Translations under genes and position numbers: made by a program | Notes under the pieces: generated by a model | What the model was told of the DNA's origin: nothing | The model's input: the letters and a program-made list of their open reading frames with translations, nothing else | The model's database searches: none | Shown: in pieces, positions 54,006 through 60,271 of the stretch | Layout: each line of letters starts with the position of its first letter | Position numbering within the stretch: the stretch's first letter is position 1 | Assembly: GCA_022801735.1 (NCBI GenBank) | Contig: JAAWSW010000001.1 | Coordinates: 1 to 60,271, forward strand | Source of the DNA: Bacilli bacterium | GTDB lineage: Bacteria; Bacillota_I; Bacilli_A; RF39; UBA660 | Length of the DNA stretch: 60,271 nucleotides | Direction of reading: 5' to 3'

Positions 54006-54051
54006 AATTTCACCTCTATTATCATTTTGAACATAAAAGGATAAAATTATA

Positions 54052-54963
54052 CTATATTTTTTTAATTTCTGTTCCTTGATAATAATATTTTAAAATTTTA
54101 TCATAAGAATAACCTTCTTTAGCCATACCTAAAGCACCATATTGACTCATACCAACACCATGACCAAAACCTTTAGTTGTAATAATAACCTTATCATTAT
54201 TCTGAATAACATTAAAATAATTAGAACGAAGTTTTAATTTAGTTGCTACATCACGTCCATTAAACTCTACTCCATTTATCTTAATTTTTTTATTACGACC
54301 CGTACTAGTTTTTTCTAAAACTTCAAAACTAATTTTATCACTATATTTCAAACCTAATTTATTATAAAAATCAGCAAGTTCAAAACTAGCAGTATCCTCA
54401 TATGCTGGAGAATCCTCATCCCATGTACTAACCACACTTCTTAAATAAGGAACCTTAGAAGAAAACACTTCCTCACTATTTTCCGTTTTTCCTGTACTAG
54501 TAGAAAAAAACAAAGTTTCTGCAATCTCGCCATTATAACTTAAATATTCCCCCTTTGTTTCAGTAACTGCTGTTTTTAATTTGTTAATCTTAGACACATA
54601 TTCATCTTTCCACTTTTCTTTTAACTTTTCGTCAGATAAATATACCTGATTATCAACCGTATTTACAACATCATAATCCTTAGATTCATTTTTTTTCATT
54701 TGAATTAAAGCATAACTTCGTGCGGCTACTGCCTGAGCCTTTAACGCCTCAAGTTCAAAACTAGTAGGCATCTCCCCTGCTAAAACCCCTTTAACATATT
54801 CTTCAAAAGGAACCTCTACAATTTTATCTGCACTTACATCTTTTACCCTTATCACTTTATTAGAAACATAATGAAATTTAATTTCATCAGTTCTGACAAA
54901 TAAATTGACAATAAAAAAAGGAATAAATACTACTAATAAAGTAATCAAGAGTATTTTTTTCAT
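54052..54963 (-). CDS. spoIID: Stage II sporulation protein D (lytic transglycosylase)
   Basis: 'VKGVLAGEMPTSFELEALKAQAVAARSYAL', 'ETLFFSTSTGKTENSEEVF' and 'GFGHGVGMSQYGALGMA'. Confidence 0.88.
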   Translation of the reverse strand: MKKILLITLLVVFIPFFIVNLFVRTDEIKFHYVSNKVIRVKDVSADKIVEVPFEEYVKGVLAGEMPTSFELEALKAQAVAARSYALIQMKKNESKDYDVVNTVDNQVYLSDEKLKEKWKDEYVSKINKLKTAVTETKGEYLSYNGEIAETLFFSTSTGKTENSEEVFSSKVPYLRSVVSTWDEDSPAYEDTASFELADFYNKLGLKYSDKISFEVLEKTSTGRNKKIKINGVEFNGRDVATKLKLRSNYFNVIQNNDKVIITTKGFGHGVGMSQYGALGMAKEGYSYDKILKYYYQGTEIKKI

Positions 54964-54977
54964 AGCAAACTTCCTTT

Positions 54978-55175
54978 CTAAAAAATATTTGTATATGAGA
55001 AAAAGTCATATAAGAAATTTACTACTAAATATGATAAAGAAATACTTATCATTAAATATAATACTCGAGAAGCGTAATATTTATTCTTCTTAAATACATT
55101 AGTGATATTAATACTATCAAGCGCCCATATTGCCACAAAAGTAAAAATAATATATAAAATAGTTTTTAAAAGCAT
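54978..55175 (-). CDS. Small two-TM membrane protein (possibly YwzB/DUF1146-like)
   Basis: 65 aa with two hydrophobic helices. A GAGG SD sits within the end of the upstream gene. Confidence 0.4.
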   Translation of the reverse strand: MLLKTILYIIFTFVAIWALDSINITNVFKKNKYYASRVLYLMISISLSYLVVNFLYDFFSYTNIF

Positions 55176-55177
55176 AA

Positions 55178-55951
55178 TTAACCTCTATTATTAAGCATAT
55201 CAATACGTTTTTGATGGCGTTCTAATCCAGTAAAAGAAGTATTTAAAAATGCATCAATAATATCCTTTGCCCTAAATAAATGCATATTACCTGCAATAGC
55301 AACTACGTTAGCATCATTATCTTGTCTAGAATATTTTATCTCTTTAGCATTATCTACCTTAGCACATCTAACACCTTTAACCTTATTACAAGCAATACTT
55401 ATGCCAATACCACTACCACAAATTGCAATTCCCTTTGAAACTTCATAGTTAGCAACTGCCTCACCAAGTCTAAAACCAAACTCAGGATAGTCAGTACTAA
55501 CAGTAGAATCTGTTCCATAGTCAACAACAGTATAACCTTTTTTATTTAAATAATTTGTCAGTTTTTGTTTCAACTTATATCCTCTATGATCAGAAGCAAT
55601 TCCAATCTTTTTATCAGTTGGTACTTCCATCTGAACAATAGTTTTTTCCTGAAAGTCATTTTGAACAATGTCCTTTAAACTAGTAACTGTATCCATCACT
55701 TCTACAGTATCTTCTTTTTCATCAATAAAACTATCTAAACTAGGTTCCCCAACCTCGTCAACTAAATCATCATCAGATACTCTAGCTCCTTGTGTCTCTT
55801 CTTCCATTACAATCTCATCTAACTCATCTAGCATTTGTTCATTTTCAAAACTTTCCACAATATTATTTTCTACTTCTACCTTTTGTTCTTCTTTTTTATT
55901 TATATTAATATCTTCAATATTAAAACTTTTTGTTTCTTCAAAATCCTTCAT
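55178..55951 (-). CDS. rpiB: RpiB/LacA/LacB-family sugar-phosphate isomerase with a ~110-aa acidic N-terminal extension
   Basis: The C-terminal ~145 aa ('KIGIASDHRGYKLKQKL...ICGSGIGISIACNKVKGVRCA') are RpiB-like. A strong AGGAGGA SD precedes the distal ATG (55951). The internal Met that would give a canonical-size protein has only a weak SD. Confidence 0.75.
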   Translation of the reverse strand: MKDFEETKSFNIEDININKKEEQKVEVENNIVESFENEQMLDELDEIVMEEETQGARVSDDDLVDEVGEPSLDSFIDEKEDTVEVMDTVTSLKDIVQNDFQEKTIVQMEVPTDKKIGIASDHRGYKLKQKLTNYLNKKGYTVVDYGTDSTVSTDYPEFGFRLGEAVANYEVSKGIAICGSGIGISIACNKVKGVRCAKVDNAKEIKYSRQDNDANVVAIAGNMHLFRAKDIIDAFLNTSFTGLERHQKRIDMLNNRG

Positions 55952-56023
55952 AAATCCTCCTCTTATTATTCTTTATAATTATATCATAACCCGAAAAAAA
56001 ATAACACCAAAAGGTGTTATAAA

Positions 56024-56242
56024 TTATTTTACGAAAGGTAATAAAGCCATAAATCTTGCTTTTTTTACTTCATTAGCAATATGTCTTTGGTGTTTTGAAC
56101 AAGCACCAGTAATTCTTCTAGGTAAAATTTTACCTTTGTCAGCGCTTACATATTTTTTTACTATATCAGGATCTTTATAATCAACTGATTTACCAGCACA
56201 CATTTGACATATCTTTTTTCTTTTTCTATAAAAATCTGCCAT
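56024..56242 (-). CDS. rpsR: 30S ribosomal protein S18
   Basis: '[19 protein letters not shown]...[32 protein letters not shown]'. Confidence 0.93.
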   Translation of the reverse strand: MADFYRKRKKICQMCAGKSVDYKDPDIVKKYVSADKGKILPRRITGACSKHQRHIANEVKKARFMALLPFVK

Positions 56243-56254
56243 TGATATCCTCCT

Positions 56255-56722
56255 TTAATCTAAAAAATTATCATCGATAGATACATTATCACCAAAATCT
56301 GCAAAAGGATCATCTTCAATATTCACATTATTAACAGGCGCACTTGGTGCAGGCGCATCTTGATAGTCATAAGGAGTTGGAGCACTTGCTCTAGCCTCGT
56401 TTTGCTTTCTAGTATCCAAAAATTGAACATTATCAGCAACTACATCAGTGGTATATCTCTTACTACCATCTTGAGCAGTATAACTTCCTGTTTGAATTCT
56501 ACCATCAATAGATACTTGACTACCTTTATCTAAATAATTAGCAACATTTTCTGCTTGTTTTCTCCAAACAATAATATTGATAAAATCTGTTTCTCTTTCT
56601 CCTTGAGCATTACTAAAAGTTCTATTCACTGCTAAACTAAAACGTGCATATGGAACATTAGAACCTGTATATCTTAATTCTGGTTTTGCGGTTAATCTAC
56701 CAACTAAACAAACTCTATTCAT
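56255..56722 (-). CDS. ssb: Single-stranded DNA-binding protein
   Basis: The OB-fold N-terminus is '[34 protein letters not shown]'. The acidic tail ends '...[20 protein letters not shown]'. The gene sits between rpsF and rpsR. Confidence 0.93.
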   Translation of the reverse strand: MNRVCLVGRLTAKPELRYTGSNVPYARFSLAVNRTFSNAQGERETDFINIIVWRKQAENVANYLDKGSQVSIDGRIQTGSYTAQDGSKRYTTDVVADNVQFLDTRKQNEARASAPTPYDYQDAPAPSAPVNNVNIEDDPFADFGDNVSIDDNFLD

Positions 56723-56736
56723 AAATAGTACCTCTC

Positions 56737-57027
56737 TTATTTTTCTTCTTTAGTAATTAAGTGACGAATAATATCTTTACTAATTAAAGATAAACGATCA
56801 AATTCATTGATTGCTTTATCATCATTAGTTTCGATATTATAAACATAGTAAAATCCGCTTTTAAAATCATTGATTTCGTAAGCAAGTTCTCTTTGTCCCA
56901 TGTCTTTTTCATTAATTATTTTCGCACCATTATCAGTTAAGATTTTACCAAAGTCTTTAATAACTTTTTTAACTTCATCTTCTCCTAATGTTGGTCTAAC
57001 GATAAACATGATTTCATAGTTTCTCAT
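56737..57027 (-). CDS. rpsF: 30S ribosomal protein S6
   Basis: '[19 protein letters not shown]...' with an AAGGAGGTG SD. Confidence 0.93.
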   Translation of the reverse strand: MRNYEIMFIVRPTLGEDEVKKVIKDFGKILTDNGAKIINEKDMGQRELAYEINDFKSGFYYVYNIETNDDKAINEFDRLSLISKDIIRHLITKEEK

Positions 57028-57122
57028 TTTTACACCTCCTTATGGTCTGTATGGCTTCCAAAGAAGCAAGGAGTAATTAAATACTCGCATTTAATTATAA
57101 CAGATTTTTCCACGTTTGTAAA
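57028..57122 (-). promoter_or_regulatory. rpsF promoter and structured 5' leader (possible S6:S18 autoregulatory leader)
   Basis: The minus strand reads TTTACA-17 nt-TGTTATAAT (57094-57122). The ~55-nt leader has the hairpin GCTTC-TTTG-GAAGC, and CTCCTT can pair with the AAGGAG SD. Confidence 0.45.
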
Positions 57123-57195
57123 TAAAATCCATTATTAATAATATATTAACAACATATTATGTTTATTCAAAAAAGAAATAGCAAATACTATCTCT

Positions 57196-60100
57196 TTATT
57201 TAAAACTATGAATACGATTTCCTATAGGAGTCTCTACTGTTTTTGATAATGATACACTTCTGTTATAATCACCATCACTACCAGCCACTGAAGTAATGTT
57301 ATTGTTATAGAAACGAATAAAATCCGTATTATAAGAAAAATAATGCCAAATTACAATTTCCTCTAAATCATATACTTTACCTAAATCAACTATTAAACAT
57401 TGATTACCACTATCCCCCATATATGCAAAGCCACTATTACCACCATGATTATCCATCTGACCATCAACAGCGTTTGAAAAGGCATAAGTAGTATTATTAT
57501 ACGCGTCTGCAGGAACACCATTCTTTAAACCAGAAACATTTTTTCCCTTAGCAACATTAACACCTTTATTGATGGCCTGTATTTCCACCCAATGATTACC
57601 TACATTTTCACCATTACCATTAATACAATCTTTTATATATCTAACACCTTTTATTTTTGAACTATCTTCACTACTAGGATATTTTAAATATGTTATTTTA
57701 ACCTTACCATTTCCATTATTAACACCTGTTTTCATCTCGGTGTTAATAAAATATTTTCCAGAATAATGTTTGGTTTGATTCGTGTGAATACCAGAAGAAG
57801 CAGATGTTATTGAATTAGATCCAGCATATCCAGATATATATGATGACCCACTTCCTGCATAAAATACTCCACTATTTAACCCTGATGCTCCAGAACCACC
57901 ATAATAACCAGAACTACCACTAGCACCACCGTAAGTAATAGCACTATATACACTAGCGCCTCCATTACCAGCAAATCCAAATCCACCTGCAGTACCATTA
58001 GAAGTAGCCGAAGAAAATTTAGTAGGTGCAATTCCACCACTAGTTTGCTTAGCCTGTTTTCCTACATAATCATAATATTCATAAGTTAGAACTGCCTCTC
58101 TACCTATTAAATCTCCACCTTCGCTACCAAAAGTTCCACCTGCTGCCACCATTATTCTACTTCTCAGTGAAGTAACATTATCCCAATTTCCACTAACTAA
58201 TCTAACATCAGTTGCTCCGCCACCAGTTGGACCACACGCACCATTGGCATTCTTATCATTAATAGCCCCATTATTAAAACCGGCTATAGAACTGCAAACA
58301 TTACTGGCATTACCTTGTTGACCAACATAAACATAAAGTTTATCACCTTTAGTCAAATAAATTTCACCTTTAGTATATGCACCACCTTTAGAATTTGTAT
58401 CACTATATATTTTCCCACCTGAAGCACCCCAAAGTTCTATCTTATAATATCCGTCCTTTTCAGCAATATATTCTTGGACACCACCAGTATATTCAAGTTC
58501 ATTTCCTTCAAATATAACTGCATAACTACTAGACACTTCATTTGTTCCATCAAATACCTTTGCGACTAAACTTCCTGAATCCGAGTATATTACATCTTTA
58601 GATTTTTCTGTAACCTCTACCCATTCATCTTCATCTTTTTGATATGAACACGTTAACGTATCACCACAACCTTCTGGATATGTTATTGTCACTTTTTTAT
58701 CTGTTTCTGCCTCATTTTCTACAAATGTGGGGACAGATAATCCATTTGTTGTTACCTTCAATTCATTTGATGTAGTTACTTTTCCAACTTTACTTGTTAC
58801 TCTTACCTTTATAGAATATTCAGTATTTTTAGTAAGACCTGTAAACTTATGAAAATTATCATCAATTATCCATTCCCCACCATTTATGGAATATTCATAC
58901 TTAGATATTCCACTTTCACTAGAAGCATCCGCAACTACTGTTATTGAATTAGTTGTACTTGAACTAGATAAATTGATTGTCGCTGGATTTTCTGCATCTA
59001 TCATACAATTATTCGACTGAGTTACTGATGATATTTTACTATCCAACCACGTAGAAATTACACTAGCGTTCGCTATTGTCCATTTTGATCCAACATATAC
59101 TTTTTCTAGATTTTTAGTTCCCCTAAACATATGATTCATATTTGTAACTTTACTTGTATCAAATGAACATAAATTAATCTTTCTAAGTTCGCTATCTCCG
59201 CCTTCATTGTTATAAAACATACTATCCATATTTTCTACATTACTTGTATTCCATGTTCCAAGGTTTATCTCCTTTAATTTGGGACAATGTTGAAATAATG
59301 CATTCATTGTTGTTACATTTTTAGTATTAAAGTGCCTTATATCAATTGATTCTAATGAATAACATCTATCAAACATATAGGCCATATTTTCTAAACTATC
59401 CGTTTTCCAATTAGATAAATTTATTGTCTTTAAATAAGTATTTTGATCAAACATTGAATTAGTTGATGTAACTTTTGAAACATCAAAATTTGATACGTCA
59501 AGTGTAGTATAACTACCATTTCTAAACATTGCGCCCATATTAGTCACTTTACTTGTATCAAAATTTTCTAATCCCTTTATTTCACTTAAAGCACCCTTAT
59601 TAAAATAATTATCGAACATAAATTGCATATTAGTTACACTGCTTGTATCATAATTAGTTCCAAAGTCTATAGTTTTAAGGTTATAAAATTTAAAGAATAG
59701 ATAACTAGAATTTTCATTAGCAATTACGCCGCCATTACCACCTATATATAAATCATATTTACTATTATCACTAGCATTAATCATCAGCCATGCCATTACG
59801 CTTTTATCTTTTGCTTCTGATACATCCCAACTAACAACTGCATTTTCTGGTACATTTTTATTATCTAAGAAAGTCGCACTTACTATCTTTTCTCTATATT
59901 CATCACTATGAAATTCTGTATGAATAACCCTCGGAAAAGCATTCTCTGAAAGTGTTTCATCACACCAACTTTTTATAATTGGTCTTCCTTCGAATATCGC
60001 ATATAAAGTTATATCTTCACTCGGCATTTGTAATTCTGTTAATCCATCTTTAGCATCTTTATTAGTGTTCCATCCTATAAATTCATATCCTTCTTTACTT

Positions 60101-60271
60101 GATGTATTGTTTAGGTTTACTACGTCTCCTTCTTTTAAGTATTCGTTATATTTTGTACAACTCTTTCCTCCGTTACTTGTACAGTCATAGGTTACTAGAT
60201 ATCTTTCTGGAGATGTTATTTCTCCATCTTCTCCATTTTGGTAATCATTATTTTGGGTATAGTTTAAGTCT
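57196..60271 (-). CDS. Large multidomain surface protein; N-terminus outside the window
   Basis: The domain order is a Listeria-Bacteroides repeat, DUF285/BspA-type LRRs, Fn3-like domains, a glycine-rich domain, then a discoidin-like C-terminus. The frame stays open upstream of the track ATG (60027) to the window edge ('...SKEGYEFIGWNTNKDAKDGLTELQ' is the Flg_new-type repeat). About 8 repeats of the form 'FDTSKVTNMxxMF' follow. The glycine-rich domain is 'IELWGASGG...GGAYTKGEIYLTKGDKLYVYVGQQG...GGGATDVRL'. The C-terminal region is discoidin (F5/8C)-like. Confidence 0.8.
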   Translation of the reverse strand, partial: DLNYTQNNDYQNGEDGEITSPERYLVTYDCTSNGGKSCTKYNEYLKEGDVVNLNNTSSKEGYEFIGWNTNKDAKDGLTELQMPSEDITLYAIFEGRPIIKSWCDETLSENAFPRVIHTEFHSDEYREKIVSATFLDNKNVPENAVVSWDVSEAKDKSVMAWLMINASDNSKYDLYIGGNGGVIANENSSYLFFKFYNLKTIDFGTNYDTSSVTNMQFMFDNYFNKGALSEIKGLENFDTSKVTNMGAMFRNGSYTTLDVSNFDVSKVTSTNSMFDQNTYLKTINLSNWKTDSLENMAYMFDRCYSLESIDIRHFNTKNVTTMNALFQHCPKLKEINLGTWNTSNVENMDSMFYNNEGGDSELRKINLCSFDTSKVTNMNHMFRGTKNLEKVYVGSKWTIANASVISTWLDSKISSVTQSNNCMIDAENPATINLSSSSTTNSITVVADASSESGISKYEYSINGGEWIIDDNFHKFTGLTKNTEYSIKVRVTSKVGKVTTSNELKVTTNGLSVPTFVENEAETDKKVTITYPEGCGDTLTCSYQKDEDEWVEVTEKSKDVIYSDSGSLVAKVFDGTNEVSSSYAVIFEGNELEYTGGVQEYIAEKDGYYKIELWGASGGKIYSDTNSKGGAYTKGEIYLTKGDKLYVYVGQQGNASNVCSSIAGFNNGAINDKNANGACGPTGGGATDVRLVSGNWDNVTSLRSRIMVAAGGTFGSEGGDLIGREAVLTYEYYDYVGKQAKQTSGGIAPTKFSSATSNGTAGGFGFAGNGGASVYSAITYGGASGSSGYYGGSGASGLNSGVFYAGSGSSYISGYAGSNSITSASSGIHTNQTKHYSGKYFINTEMKTGVNNGNGKVKITYLKYPSSEDSSKIKGVRYIKDCINGNGENVGNHWVEIQAINKGVNVAKGKNVSGLKNGVPADAYNNTTYAFSNAVDGQMDNHGGNSGFAYMGDSGNQCLIVDLGKVYDLEEIVIWHYFSYNTDFIRFYNNNITSVAGSDGDYNRSVSLSKTVETPIGNRIHSFK

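Noticed and set aside
54964-55080. Sigma-E-like promoter elements (CATATACA) upstream of spoIID, and sporulation-sigma promoters upstream of spoIIID and the spoIIQ-like gene.
   Set aside because: The matches to the -10 and -35 consensus and the spacing were poor or ambiguous when counted. Only the cotJ CATACACT element was kept, and at low confidence.
56255-56722. The SSB C-terminal tip (…IDDNFLD) deviates from the canonical D-D-D-I/L-P-F tail, and an internal 'EDDPFADF' resembles a displaced tip.
   Set aside because: SSB tails vary in low-GC and Mollicutes-like lineages. Without an alignment this is not clearly unusual.

Overview
This is a very AT-rich Gram-positive (Firmicutes-type) chromosomal segment of about 55 genes, almost all on the minus strand. 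The host looks like a spore-former (cotJ, spoIID, spoIIQ-like, spoIIID-mbl) with reduced, Mollicutes/Erysipelotrichia-like traits: clpB lacks its N-domain and sits behind a CIRCE operator, and addA/addB are short. The centrepiece is a complete, apparently intact type II-A CRISPR-Cas locus lying between a lone tRNA-His and addBA. It comprises a divergent tracrRNA (30294-30388), cas9 (1346 aa), cas1, cas2, csn2 and an array of 12 x 36-nt repeats with 11 x 30-nt spacers (23524-24285). The rest is mostly housekeeping: asnB-murE, GH73 hydrolases, sortase, typA, tagO-like, M18 aminopeptidase, rpsF-ssb-rpsR, and a large BspA/DUF285 surface protein. The standard genetic code applies, since TGA is a real stop. 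The best candidates for undescribed biology are: (1) an operon at 37.4-40.7 kb in which a CbbX/SpoVK-type AAA+ ATPase overlaps an N-terminally truncated ClpP paralog, followed by an ABC exporter and flanked by an AraC-type regulator. (2) A two- or three-gene insertion (50.96-53.3 kb) inside the conserved spoIID-spoIIQ-spoIIID-mbl cluster, encoding a DisA-type diadenylate cyclase domain with an unrecognisable C-terminal half, a frameshifted 55-aa coupled ORF, and an ORF6N/PLD-like protein. (3) Two unannotated small ORFs abutting the distal end of the CRISPR array and upstream of addB, one of them hyper-acidic and in the DNA-mimic size class. Every call rests on reading the sequence and the ORF translations by eye. 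No database search, folding or alignment program was run, so family assignments rest on recognised motifs and coordinates of small elements may be off by a few nucleotides.
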